Shown here: one piece after another, positions 22,252 through 32,900 of the stretch
Position numbering within the stretch: the stretch's first letter is position 1
Layout: each line of letters starts with the position of its first letter
Source: Blastocatellia bacterium
Lineage (GTDB): Bacteria > Acidobacteriota > Blastocatellia > HR10 > J050
Direction: 5' to 3'
NCBI GenBank assembly: GCA_025054955.1
Contig: JANWZE010000108.1
Span: 13,830-77,829 of the forward strand
DNA length: 64,000 bases
The notes under the pieces: model-generated
What the model saw: only the letters and a program-made list of their open reading frames with translations
Told to the model about the DNA's origin: nothing
Databases searched by the model: none
Made by a program: the position numbers and the translations under genes

Positions 22252-23733
22252 TCAAAATTTCCGCGACCACTGCTTTGGCCACCGCTCGATGACAACTTTC
22301 TTCTCCGTGTAAAATTCGACGCCATCGCGGCCCTGCCCATGCAGCACGCCCAGGAAACTATCTTTCCAACCGCTAAACGGAAAGTACGCCATCGGCGCGG
22401 CCACACCGATGTTGACGCCGATATTGCCAGCCGGCGCTTCATAGCGAAACTTGCGCGCAGCGGCGCCGCTGCTGGTGAAGATAGAGGCGGCATTCCCATA
22501 CGGACTACGCGACAAAATCTCGATCGCTTCATCAATCGAGTCGGCGTGAATGAGGCTGAGCACCGGCCCGAAGATTTCCGTGCGCCAGACTTCTCCTTCC
22601 GGAGACACATTCTCCAGGATCGTCGGTTTGATGAAATTCCCTTGCTCATAGCGTGGGATGTGCGGATGCCGGCCATCGAGGATCACGCGCGCGCCTTCGG
22701 CCACGCTCTTGGCAATTAGGCCTTCGATGCGCGCCTTGCTCTCGCGGGTGATGACCGGGCCCATCTGCACCGCTTCATCCAAGCCGTACCCGACATTGAT
22801 CGCGTTGGCCATCTGAACGATGGCGTCGGTAAACGTCTGCCGCGCCTCCGCGACAGTCACGGCCACCGACACCGCCAAGCACCGTTGCCCAGCGCAACCA
22901 AAGGCGCTATCACTGACGATCTGCGTGGTCATCTGCATGTCTGCATCGGGCAAAATCAGAACGTGATTCTTCGCCCCACCTTGACATTGCACGCGCTTGC
23001 CGTTGGCCGCAGCCTGCGCGTAGATGTATCGGGCAACTGGCGTCGAACCGACAAAACTGATAGCCCGCACATCTGGATGCTCAAGCAACGCATCCACAGC
23101 CGCGCGCGCGCCATGAACCAAATTGACCACGCCTGGCGGCAAACCAACTTCATCCATCAACTCAAACGCGCGCTGTATGGAGAGTGGCACCCGCTCCGAT
23201 GGCTTAGCCACAAACGTATTGCCACAGGCCACCGCATACGGGATAAACCAAAACGGAACCATCACCGGAAAATTGAACGGCGTGACCGCCGCCACGACTC
23301 CAAGCGGCTGACGGATCATGATCTCATCAATGCCGGAAGCGACATCTTCCAAATTGTACCCTTGCATCAGCGTGGGAATGCCACAAGCCACCTCGATATT
23401 TTCAATCGCTCGACGCAGCTCGGCTCGCGATTCAATAATGGTCTTACCGTTCTCCATGGTGATGAGCCGTGCCAGTTCCTCAAGGCGGTCTTCAAACATC
23501 TGCTTGAGCTTGAATAGATATTGAACCCGCTCCGAGGGCGGCGTGCGGCGCCATTGCGGAAACGCGGCTGCCGCTGCCGCTACGGCTGCTGCCACGTCCG
23601 CTTGTGTGCTGAGCGGCGTTCGCGCAATGCGCTCACCGGTCGCTGGATTGTAGACGTCTACTGCTTCATTGGCCGTTGAGTGAATCCATTGACCATTGAT
23701 GTAATTCGGCAATCGCTCATTCGTTGCCATCAT
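22252..23733 (-). CDS. mmsA: CoA-acylating methylmalonate-semialdehyde dehydrogenase (MmsA/IolA type ALDH)
   Basis: 493 aa ALDH with catalytic Cys context (CAGQRCLA). Highly similar to the MmsA/IolA family and lacks the Glu of CoA-independent ALDHs. Confidence 0.8.
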   Translation of the reverse strand: MMATNERLPNYINGQWIHSTANEAVDVYNPATGERIARTPLSTQADVAAAVAAAAAAFPQWRRTPPSERVQYLFKLKQMFEDRLEELARLITMENGKTIIESRAELRRAIENIEVACGIPTLMQGYNLEDVASGIDEIMIRQPLGVVAAVTPFNFPVMVPFWFIPYAVACGNTFVAKPSERVPLSIQRAFELMDEVGLPPGVVNLVHGARAAVDALLEHPDVRAISFVGSTPVARYIYAQAAANGKRVQCQGGAKNHVLILPDADMQMTTQIVSDSAFGCAGQRCLAVSVAVTVAEARQTFTDAIVQMANAINVGYGLDEAVQMGPVITRESKARIEGLIAKSVAEGARVILDGRHPHIPRYEQGNFIKPTILENVSPEGEVWRTEIFGPVLSLIHADSIDEAIEILSRSPYGNAASIFTSSGAAARKFRYEAPAGNIGVNIGVAAPMAYFPFSGWKDSFLGVLHGQGRDGVEFYTEKKVVIERWPKQWSRKF

Positions 23734-23836
23734 CGTTTCCCCCTAAATCGCGCCACAGAACGGGCACGTTTGAAATGATTGATGAATGAACTAGCAATGT
23801 TTGCCATGAACCAACGAGAGCAATAGCAGCAATCGG

Positions 23837-25054
23837 TCAGCGACCATTCCTGACGGCCTTGGCCACCAGTGTGATCATCTCTTCTAATTCCATCTTGCGC
23901 GGATTGAAGGCGAGCAACGGATCGTTCATTGCTGCTTCAGCGAGCGCCTGGATGGTCGCATCATCGGTCGGCACGCCCAGCTCGCTATATCGCGCCGGGA
24001 TGCCCAACAGCCGCCGTAACTCGCGGACATGCTCAATCGCCAATTCTCCCAACTCGTGGTCGGACAAATCCGTGCGACTCACGCCCATCGCGCGAGCCAG
24101 TGTGGCGTACCGTTCGGGGCACACTGGCAAGTTAAACTCCATCACGACAGGCAAAGCAACAGCATTGCTCAGTCCATGGTGCACGCCAAACATACCGCCA
24201 ACAGCATGCGCAATCGGATGCGTGGCGCCAAGCGCCGCATTGCAGAACGCCAATCCGGCCATCGTTGCTGCCATCTGCATCTTCGCACGCGCATCAATGT
24301 TGTCAGGCTCAAAGACTGCCAAGGGTAAATTGTCGAAGATCATCTCAACAACGCGGAAAGCCAACGCTTCCGAAATCGGCTCATGCAAATCCGAGACGTA
24401 TGACTCAACGGCATGGGTGAGCGCGTCCATGCCCGTCCAAGCAACCAGCTTGGGCGGCAACGTTCTGACCATCTCAGGATCAAGCACCGCCATGCGCGGA
24501 AAGAGAAACGGACTCGCAATAGTGATTTTCACTTTGGCCTCGCGGTCCTTGATGATCGCGCCCATCGAAACCTCGCTGCCTGTGCCGGTCGTCGTGGGAA
24601 TGGCGACCACCGGGATGCACGGCCCCGGCACCATGAAACCACCTTCATACTGGCGAACCTCGCCGCCATACGTGGCCATCAACGAGCCGGCTTTGGCCGT
24701 ATCCATCACGCTGCCGCCACCGAGCGCAATGATCAAATCAGCGCCATGATCGCGGATCAGTTGTGTCAACCGTTCAACCGTCTCCATATCAGAATCGGAC
24801 GGCACAGTATCGAAGACAGCCCTTACCTCATACGGCGAATCAACCAATCCAGCTTTCACTTTGTCAAGCAAGCCGGCGGCAAGAATCCCTTGGTCAGTTA
24901 CTATGATGACATGATGACGATCGGCCAAATCTGGCTCAATCTGCAATTCAATGCCCAACTTCTCTACTTTGCCCAAACCGAATTTGATCTGTGTGGGCAA
25001 GTATGATGACATATCGGTTTGATGAAACGGCACGTTTTTCGTTATGAATCCCAT
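23837..25054 (-). CDS. Iron-containing (group III) alcohol dehydrogenase
   Basis: GGGSVMDTAK and His-rich metal-site motifs. GGAG lies 4 nt before ATG 25054; an alternative ATG is at 25012. Confidence 0.85.
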   Translation of the reverse strand: MGFITKNVPFHQTDMSSYLPTQIKFGLGKVEKLGIELQIEPDLADRHHVIIVTDQGILAAGLLDKVKAGLVDSPYEVRAVFDTVPSDSDMETVERLTQLIRDHGADLIIALGGGSVMDTAKAGSLMATYGGEVRQYEGGFMVPGPCIPVVAIPTTTGTGSEVSMGAIIKDREAKVKITIASPFLFPRMAVLDPEMVRTLPPKLVAWTGMDALTHAVESYVSDLHEPISEALAFRVVEMIFDNLPLAVFEPDNIDARAKMQMAATMAGLAFCNAALGATHPIAHAVGGMFGVHHGLSNAVALPVVMEFNLPVCPERYATLARAMGVSRTDLSDHELGELAIEHVRELRRLLGIPARYSELGVPTDDATIQALAEAAMNDPLLAFNPRKMELEEMITLVAKAVRNGR

Positions 25055-25061
25055 AAACTCC

Positions 25062-25200
25062 TCGTGATTTGTGGGTCCGTGATTGTGATCCGTGATTGTG
25101 ATCCGTGATTCGTGATCTGTGATCCGGCGTCCGTGATCTGTGATTCAACTTGCGAGCCACCAGCCACGAATCACGAACCACGAGCCACGAATCACGAGCC
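25062..25200. repeat. Palindromic array with 7-bp periodicity: ~11 GTGATYC-type heptamers, a conserved core tgtgattcaacttgcgagcca, then ~7 reverse-complement heptamers (GARYCAC)
   Basis: Read directly from the sequence. Fills the whole gap between the Fe-ADH and HAD genes. Same architecture as the element at 45560-45830. Confidence 0.65.
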
Positions 25201-25896
25201 ACGAAGATACCCTGGCAATTCGCTCACAGAATTCAAAATGATGTCCGGCTGACGATTGGCCAGTATCTCTCGCTTAATGCCACCGGTTAACACCGCTACG
25301 CTGAGGCCAAGTCCGGCCCGGCGTGCGCTGCTGACATCTTCAGGCAGATCGCCGATGTAGAGACTGCGCTCCGGTGCTGCGCCTAATTCCTGCACGGCTT
25401 CAAGAAGCCGCTGCTCTTTGGCCAAGACCGACGAGATAGGAACATGCTGATGCGTCTTGATGACAGGGATGTAGCCATCAATGCCAGCCCTGGCCAACTC
25501 GGCTCGCACCTGCTCAGGCGAGCTCAGCCGACTGGTAATGACTGCCATGCCATAGCCCTGTTGGTGGCAAAATTGGAGCGTCTCAATCGCGCCGGGAATC
25601 AGTCTCACCTCTCCGGCATAGTTCCCGTAATGCTGGAGCATCAGTGAAAAGAAACGGTCTCGCAGATGGACTGGCACGAGCCGCCCCATCTGGTAATCGG
25701 CGAAAGCACGCCAAAAGGTTTGTTCATCAGGTTCAGCAATGTTTAACTGACGGAACGCATGATAGAAACTGACGGCCAATCGTTCGAGCGCGTCAATCAG
25801 CGTTCCGTCCAGATCAAAGAGAACAGCTTGAATCGGTCGCCCTTTCACTGGATTCAACACATCGCCGAAGCCACAGCCACATTTGACACTCAGCAT
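25192..25896 (-). CDS. HAD-superfamily hydrolase (phosphoglycolate-phosphatase-like, HAD-IA)
   Basis: Motif I VLFDLDGTLID. Motifs II/III are present (…VITSR…, …GDLPEDV…). The start is uncertain. Confidence 0.7.
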   Translation of the reverse strand: MLSVKCGCGFGDVLNPVKGRPIQAVLFDLDGTLIDALERLAVSFYHAFRQLNIAEPDEQTFWRAFADYQMGRLVPVHLRDRFFSLMLQHYGNYAGEVRLIPGAIETLQFCHQQGYGMAVITSRLSSPEQVRAELARAGIDGYIPVIKTHQHVPISSVLAKEQRLLEAVQELGAAPERSLYIGDLPEDVSSARRAGLGLSVAVLTGGIKREILANRQPDIILNSVSELPGYLRGS

Positions 25897-25962
25897 CCGT
25901 TCATGGTCGCCCTTTCCTGGATTCCAACATCATCGCCGAGACTGTGGCAGCGCTGGCCAAGA

Positions 25963-27717
25963 TTAGGGCGTGCGATAGCTCTGCACAAACTCGACGACGA
26001 ACTCAGGCACGTTCCGGCCTTCACGTGAACGTTTCTCGAGCGAGGTCAACACATCGCTGTGCGAGTAATTGTTCATCTCCCGAATCAAAAACGCATTGCC
26101 GGGAATGCTCGTCGTGTTCCGATAGATGACAAACGCCAGATTGCCGCTGAGCCCGCCGGTGCCCTGAATAATCCCTTCGGTCGCGCGAATAGCCAACGCT
26201 GGAACATTGACGCGGCGGTTCTCACTCAACGTCACCGGATTGCCTCCATTGAGCCGCTGAGCAGCAGCCACAGCCGGCGATGGCGGCACCAGATCAATCG
26301 CCTCGAATATATCCAGTACCATGCGATTGACGAAGTACCATTCGATGAAGTTGACATCATTGAGGGTGGCTGTGCCGTTGCCCTCGCCAGTCAAGAAGGC
26401 CCGCATCACGGTGTTGAAGTCCGACGGATCAAATGGTGAGCGAATGGCTGCGCCAAGACCGGATAGGTCTTTGGTTGGATTCCACCGCTGCAACTGCGGG
26501 CTCAGGTCTCTCATGCGCCAGAGACCATTGGGATTGGACCCAGCCGGATCAGGCGTCACCCGCGTCACAACCGTATCTAAGTTTCCACCCGCCGGAATGA
26601 CCGGCGCGCCGATGGAAAATCGCACAGTCGGATTCTCTTGAAACTCATCGTCCAGATTATGCGCTAATGCCGCTGCATTCGTCATCGGCACGGGCACTAA
26701 TTCAGGCACAAATTGTCGCAACACCGCCGGGCCATCCGGATCAACCAAGGCTAACAACGCGCCAATTTCAGCCAGTTGAAACAGCACTGGGCGGAATGGC
26801 GTCACCAGGAACGGCTCGTGACCAGCTTGATTCGGCGTGGCCGGATCAAATCGTCGCGTTGGATTTCGCAACTGATTGATGCCAGCCACAACGCCCAGCG
26901 GCCCTGGACCGCCATTCAAATACGTCTCGTCAGAAATCGGCCGCGCACTGGCGCTGGGCGCGCCCGGCGCTGTCGTTCCATCTATCAAGATAATGCCTTT
27001 GATCAACTGAAAGCCCGCCGTTCCCTCGAAGTTGTAACCGGCAAACATCTGCGTCAAGAACGCGCCGAGTGAGTGACCACCAAGGAACACGTTCGATGTC
27101 ACCGTGCGCGCGCGCTCGACCACAACCTTGAGGTCACGCAAGTGTACATCCAATCCCCATTCGGCCATGAATCGGCTCACCGAAAACGGATTGGCAGCAA
27201 TATAGCCGCCAGCGCCCGCCGGGTGGTTCAAGTAGTAATTGGCCGCGCCAAGGGCACTCGCTCTTGTGCCCACGTTTTCCGCTTCAATCATGCCCGTGAT
27301 GTCTTCGAGCAAATTCGAACGACGATCAATAGCCCACACCTCGAATCGGCCATTGGAGAGTTTCACAATTTCCGAGCCGATAATCTTGAAACTATTAGCG
27401 CCGGCCACAACACCCGGAATCAGGATGATAATCGCCTCCGGAGGAGCCGTGCGATTACGATCGAAAAACCGCAGATAGATTGCCTTGTTCAAATTGACCG
27501 AGCCGTCCGGCTCAAAAGCGGCCGGGTCTTTGATGGCGGCGGCCAGCGCCGGATCAATCGTCACGCCCGGCGCCCCCGGTGTGTTCGGCTCCATATAGCC
27601 GGGAATAACATGCCGTTCACGACCGACCTCAACGCCTCCCTGGGCGTGTGGGCGCGCCGGCAACAGCAGCGCTACGCCAAGCACGATTAGCATGAGAATC
27701 GTTGTGTTCGCTTTCAT
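25963..27717 (-). CDS. Secreted alpha/beta-hydrolase-fold protein (lipase/esterase-like, GHSLG nucleophile elbow)
   Basis: N-terminal signal peptide (MKANTTILMLIVLGVALLLPARPHAQG) and GxSxG motif GGHSLGA. 584 aa, no confident family assignment. Confidence 0.55.
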   Translation of the reverse strand: MKANTTILMLIVLGVALLLPARPHAQGGVEVGRERHVIPGYMEPNTPGAPGVTIDPALAAAIKDPAAFEPDGSVNLNKAIYLRFFDRNRTAPPEAIIILIPGVVAGANSFKIIGSEIVKLSNGRFEVWAIDRRSNLLEDITGMIEAENVGTRASALGAANYYLNHPAGAGGYIAANPFSVSRFMAEWGLDVHLRDLKVVVERARTVTSNVFLGGHSLGAFLTQMFAGYNFEGTAGFQLIKGIILIDGTTAPGAPSASARPISDETYLNGGPGPLGVVAGINQLRNPTRRFDPATPNQAGHEPFLVTPFRPVLFQLAEIGALLALVDPDGPAVLRQFVPELVPVPMTNAAALAHNLDDEFQENPTVRFSIGAPVIPAGGNLDTVVTRVTPDPAGSNPNGLWRMRDLSPQLQRWNPTKDLSGLGAAIRSPFDPSDFNTVMRAFLTGEGNGTATLNDVNFIEWYFVNRMVLDIFEAIDLVPPSPAVAAAQRLNGGNPVTLSENRRVNVPALAIRATEGIIQGTGGLSGNLAFVIYRNTTSIPGNAFLIREMNNYSHSDVLTSLEKRSREGRNVPEFVVEFVQSYRTP

Positions 27718-27756
27718 GATTAAGCCTCCTCAAATTTGAAAATTCCGGGCTGACAT

Positions 27757-28179
27757 TCATTCTTCGGGTGGCATCACCTTTGCCCTGCCCTCGCTCACGA
27801 TTATACCGTCTTGATTGGTCCACGTACACTTGAAGACGACGATGTTGCGGTCTTCGTGTTTTTCGATAGCTTCGACCGTCGCCGTGATCGTGTCGCCAAT
27901 GTAGACGGGCCGCTTGAACCGCTGCTTGAGTTCCACCAAGATCGTACCCAAGCCGGGCAACATCATCCCCAATACCGACGAAATTAACGACGCCGTCAGC
28001 GTGCCATGCACAATGCGACTGCCAAAACGCGTTTGCCGCGCATACTGTTCATTCACGTGAAGCGGATTCAAATCGCCAATGATGCCGGCAAACAGATAGA
28101 CGTCCGTTTCAGACATTGTCTTGGCAAACGACGCCGTCTCGCCGATTGCAATTTCATGAATCGTTTTCCCTCGCTGCAT
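27757..28179 (-). CDS. MaoC-like (R)-specific enoyl-CoA hydratase/dehydratase (hotdog fold)
   Basis: 140 aa with hotdog-fold hydratase motifs (…GDLNPLHVNEQYARQTRFGSRIVHGTL…). Confidence 0.8.
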   Translation of the reverse strand: MQRGKTIHEIAIGETASFAKTMSETDVYLFAGIIGDLNPLHVNEQYARQTRFGSRIVHGTLTASLISSVLGMMLPGLGTILVELKQRFKRPVYIGDTITATVEAIEKHEDRNIVVFKCTWTNQDGIIVSEGRAKVMPPEE

Positions 28180-28277
28180 CTGCTCTCCTCAAACTGAATC
28201 ACAAAGATCACCGAGGCAAGTGAGGCGCCGCTGATTCTTTTGCATCCTCTATGAACTGGGCGGTCTCGGTGCTTTAC

Positions 28278-29444
28278 TCACACGCGGTTCACATAACGCT
28301 TTAACAGCTCGCTGATAATAACCATCTTCTGCACTTCCGATGTGCCCGCGCCGAGCGTGCCTAACTTGGCATCGCGGTAGGCGCGCTCAACCGGATACTC
28401 ATGGATATAGCCATAGCCGCCGAAAATTTGCACCGCGTCATTGGCCACTTTCAACATCTGCTCAGTAACGAATAGCTTGGCAATCGAAGCTTCGAGCATC
28501 GCCGACTGGCCACGCTCTTTCATCCAGGCGACGCGATAAATCAGCAGCCGCGATGCTTCCAACGCGACTTTCATGTCAGCCAACTTATGCTGAATGGCCT
28601 GAAAGTTGGCAATCGGCTGGCCGAATTGGCGCCGGTTCTTGGCATACTCGACACATTGCTCCAACAGGAATTCCATCCCACCGACAATCGGCGCAATCAT
28701 GCAACTGCGCTCCCACTCCAATGTTTCTTTGCCGACGGCAAGAAAGCCGCGATGCAGCGGGCCGAGCAAATTTTCTTCCGGCACTTCGCAATTATCGAAC
28801 ACCAGTTCTGACGTTGGCGAAGTCCTATTGCCCATTTTCTTCAGTTCCTTGCCGACGCTGAAGCCGGGAAAGCCTTTCTCCACGATGAAGGCGCTGATGC
28901 CTTTATTGCCCTGACTTTTGTCAGTCGAAGCAAACACCACAAACACGTGGCCAATCGGTCCGTTGGTGATGAACATCTTCGACCCGTTCAGCACCCAGCG
29001 GTCTCCCTGCTTGACGGCAGTCGTCTTGAGCGAGGCGGCATCAGAACCAGCATCCGGCTCAGTCAAACCAAATCCGCCAATCCACTCGCCAGAGGCAATC
29101 TTGGGCAGGTACTTCTGCTTTTGCTCAGCCGTCCCCAACAACCAAATCGGCACACCGCATAAAATCGTATGCGCTCCCCACGACAACGTTGTTCCCGAAT
29201 CAACTCCAGCATGCGCCATCGCCTCCATCGCCAAACACGTAGCCAGCGGCGAAGCATTGCTGCCACCATACTCTTCCGGGAACGGCAAACCAAGCAGCCC
29301 CATCTGAGCCATGTCGCGCCAGTTCTGCCAACCAAACTCACCCTTCAGGTCAAGTTCTTCAGCGCGCGGCGCAATCCGATCCTTGGCGAATTGATAAACT
29401 GAATTGCGAAAGTGAATGTACTCTTCTGGTATTGCGAAATCCAT
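28278..29444 (-). CDS. Acyl-CoA dehydrogenase
   Basis: 388 aa with the ACAD signature, including the catalytic region …QIFGGYGYIHEYPVERAYRDAK…. Confidence 0.9.
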   Translation of the reverse strand: MDFAIPEEYIHFRNSVYQFAKDRIAPRAEELDLKGEFGWQNWRDMAQMGLLGLPFPEEYGGSNASPLATCLAMEAMAHAGVDSGTTLSWGAHTILCGVPIWLLGTAEQKQKYLPKIASGEWIGGFGLTEPDAGSDAASLKTTAVKQGDRWVLNGSKMFITNGPIGHVFVVFASTDKSQGNKGISAFIVEKGFPGFSVGKELKKMGNRTSPTSELVFDNCEVPEENLLGPLHRGFLAVGKETLEWERSCMIAPIVGGMEFLLEQCVEYAKNRRQFGQPIANFQAIQHKLADMKVALEASRLLIYRVAWMKERGQSAMLEASIAKLFVTEQMLKVANDAVQIFGGYGYIHEYPVERAYRDAKLGTLGAGTSEVQKMVIISELLKRYVNRV

Positions 29445-29700
29445 AAAATTATTAGTGGACAGTGGACAGTGAGTCGTGGACAGCGATCAGTGCCCAACTT
29501 CCCCCGTTTTTCTAAAAAGCCACACGTAGCCAAGTGGACAGTGAGTCGTGGACAGCGATCAGTGCCCAACTCCTGCATGGTGATCCGTGCTCAACTCCTG
29601 CATAGCGATCAGTGCCCAATTCCTGCATAACGATCAGAGAACAGTGATCAGTGCCCCATCAGTGAACAGTGATCAGTGCGCCACGATCAGTCCACAGTGA
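29445..29700. repeat. Cluster of GTGGACAG / GATCAGTGC-type short repeats (40-bp direct repeat x2 plus ~6 GATCAGTG-containing units)
   Basis: aagtggacagtgagtcgtggacagcgatcagtgcccaact occurs at 29455-29497 and 29537-29575. Downstream units are (a)ctcctgcatRgcgatcagtgcccaa and cagtgatcagtgc. Confidence 0.6.
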
Positions 29701-29982
29701 TCAATATAAAGCATTCATCAATTCATTCAACATCTGCTGAATCTCACTTATCTGCATCATCAATTCTGCTGTCTTCTCCTGTTTGAGGAAGAAAATCACT
29801 CATCGTTGCCTCAACAACGCCGACAAGTTGAACCGACTTTTGCCACGCTGTCAGTTCTTTCTTTGATTCACTCATCACGAATTAAACAGATACTGCAAAC
29901 CGAGCACGCTCCGCCGCCCACTTTCACGAACCGCCGTCCACTGTCCACTCTCCATGGCCCATTGTTCACTTCCCACCGTCCA

Positions 29983-32900
29983 CTAAAACTGCAAGCGAAA
30001 TCCCAGTTGAATCTGCCGAGCATTGCTCGACGAACGATAGCGGTCTGGCGTGACAATATACAATCCGTTCTTTTTTCGTGGCAGTGGCGTGCCTGGCAAG
30101 AAGACGCGCCCAAAGTCAGTCACATTGACACGATTGAACAAATTGAACGCCTCGAAGAAGAGTTGAATTTTGCGTTGCTCGCCGAAATTGATGTCGCGGG
30201 TCACACGCAGATCAAAATTGGCGAAGCCCGGTGAGATGCCAGCATTGCGACCGAGGCCGTGTGGCCGATCACCCGGCGGATTGTCGCCATTGCCGTTCAG
30301 ATCAACGCCGGCCAGCAGGTTATACGGCCGACCGCTGTTGAGCGTAACAATGGTTGATAATGCGAATCCACGCGCCAGCCAGTGCTTCCAATAATTCAAC
30401 TCCCACACAGAACTGGCCACAAAGCGATGACGAGCGTCTTGCAAAGAGAGCGCCCGCTCGCCCCGCAGGTTGAGTGGATCGCCTGTTTCTTGGTTCTCCA
30501 CGCGCCAGTCCACAAAGTTGTCAATCGCCTTGGAGAAGGTGTAGTGGGCCAACAAGGTCAAACGGTCGGCCACGCGGCTCGTCAGCGAGAAGGTGACGCC
30601 GTGATAATAAGAATCGCCGGAACTCTCAAACTGAAAGATTTCCGGGCGCGTCGGATTGATCCGGCCACACAGCGCCGGAATTGGGCCGCAGGTCGGATTA
30701 ATCACCGGATTGATATTCCGGCTCAAGAACAAGTGCAAGCCGCGCACCATTTGATAATTGGCCGACACCGACACGCTCGACGTGAGCAAGTAATCAATGC
30801 CGAAGCTCGTCTGATGCGAATATCCAACTTTGAAATTAGGGTCAGCTTGGAAGATGCGTCCGAGCGGACCGAAGTCAGGCAGCGTGCTCGGCGGTCGAGG
30901 CGTTTCGGGAAACCGGAATCCTGGCTGCAAAAATCCAATCAGCGAAAACGGAAACGGCAATACAGGCGTTTTGATGGTAACGCCATCAACAATCTTGACG
31001 GCGATGATTGGACCCAGTTGGGTTGATCCGTAGAAAATGCCGTAGGCGCCGCGCACCAACATCTTGCCCTGCTTGGTAGGGTCCCAGGCGAACGCAAAGC
31101 GTGGGCCCAGTCCATGTCCACCTGTGGATGGAAACGGCTTAGGCAGCGTAGTGACTTCGTAGCGAAGTCCGAGTTTCAACGTGAAGTTCGGCCACAGGCG
31201 AATATCATCCTGACCATACGCTGAGAAAATAGTGGCGCTCAAAAACACTTCATCGTTGCCGAAGCCTTGAATGAATGCCTGGGGAATCGGCAAGCGACTC
31301 AGGTTCGGCAACGACGGCAAGCAGTCGGGCGTCTCCGGCGGACAAAACAGCAACGGCAAATTCGCGCCGATCAGATCAAGAAAGCCGGCCTGCTCGGGCG
31401 TGCGCAACGATGGATCGAACGTTTGCAGGGCTGTGAATAGCGGACCACCCAAGGCGGTAAAATCCAGATCACTGAACCTGACCTGCCCGCCCAGTAGCAC
31501 CGGGATGCCGGTTGTGCCTTTGGGCGCTTCGGCAAAATAATAGTCGAAGCCGACCTTCAACGCATGCTTGCCGCGAGTCCACGAGACATTGTTAACAACC
31601 TGCAAGATGTGCTCGGTGCGCGGCTGCGGCAGCAACTCGGCGCGACCAAAGACAATCTGGTCAGTGCCGGCAAAAATCCTCACGTTTGGTCCACGCGCCG
31701 GATCAAGGTCATCTACCACTTGTCGGCGGTAACCGTAGAGAAACCGCGTCTCATTCACCAGCGAAGGCCGAATGATCCACGTATTGGAGGCGCCAAGATT
31801 ATGGTCACGTAATCGTCCGCGTCCGCCGGATGATTCGGCAAACAACCCACCCCATGGCTCCAGATTGCCGTTGATGTGACCCGCATAGGTGTACCTCACC
31901 CAGAGCATATCGCTATCAGTCACCTTGAAATCGCTGCGACCGAGCACAGAAGCTAATCCTTCGCTGAACGGAATCTCGCCATTGCGCAACGTACCTGGTG
32001 AAAAGCCGATGCGCCGACCGGCTGCTACGACGGCATCGCTGATCGTCACTACGTTGGTATCTTTCAAGCTCAACCGCTCAAACGAACCGAAGAAAAAATG
32101 ATGGTCTTTCTTGATCGGGCCGCCCAACGTGCCTCCGTACTGGTATTGCTCAAACGGCGGGACTGTGCGCGCAAAAGCATTGCGGGCATTGAGAGCATCG
32201 TTGCGGATGAAGGTAAAGAGCGTGCCGCGCAGATCGTTCGTGCCGCCGCGCGTCACGATATTAATCACGCCACCCAGCGCCCGCCCAAATTCAGCAGAGT
32301 AGCTGTTATTGATCACCTGAAATTCCTGGACCGCTTCCTGGCTGAACGTAGCGCGAACGGAACTGGAACCATAATCGTTGTTGTCCAAGCCATCAATCGT
32401 GATGTTATTTTGCCGCGCGCTCTGGCCATTGAAACTCAACCCACTGGTGGCCGCTGCGCCTTGCGCCGGCATGCGATCAACGGTGACCGCCGATGTGGTC
32501 AGCGTGAAATCCAAGAAATTGCGGCGATTGATCGGCAGATTATCAATCTTCTGCTGATCAATCGTGGTGCTGGTTTGCGTGCGGGTCAACTCAATCAACG
32601 GCGCTTCGCCGATGATGTCCACGGCTTCCTCAAGGCGTCCGGCCATGAGTGTGAAATTCAATTCCACCGTCTGACCGATCGTCAGTCGAATACCTTTGAG
32701 CGTCTGAGGAGCAAAGCCTGAGCGTTCAGCCGTCACATCGTAGACGCCCGGCGGCAACAGGACAATCGAGAAGGCGCCCTCGCCATCAGTGGTGGTCTGC
32801 CGAGTCAGGCCAGTGGCCGTATTTTTTGCTGTGACACTCACGCTGGGCACGACGTCGCCCTGTTGGTCCTTGACGACTCCAATCACAGAGGCTGTGGTCG

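Noticed and set aside
24948-25202. 84-aa ORF (…[33 protein letters not shown]…), with similar ORFs at 45525-45767 and 45687-45908
   Set aside because: These are made entirely of heptamer-repeat translation, with no ribosome-binding site and no family resemblance. They are artefacts of frame-neutral repeats.
29744-29875. Minus-strand 43-aa ORF (MSESKKELTAWQKSVQLVGVVEATMSDFLPQTGEDSRIDDADK) in the AT-richer segment between the repeat cluster and the TonB receptor gene
   Set aside because: No Shine-Dalgarno, no recognisable family, and it is below the size where composition alone is informative. Could be revisited with Ribo-seq.
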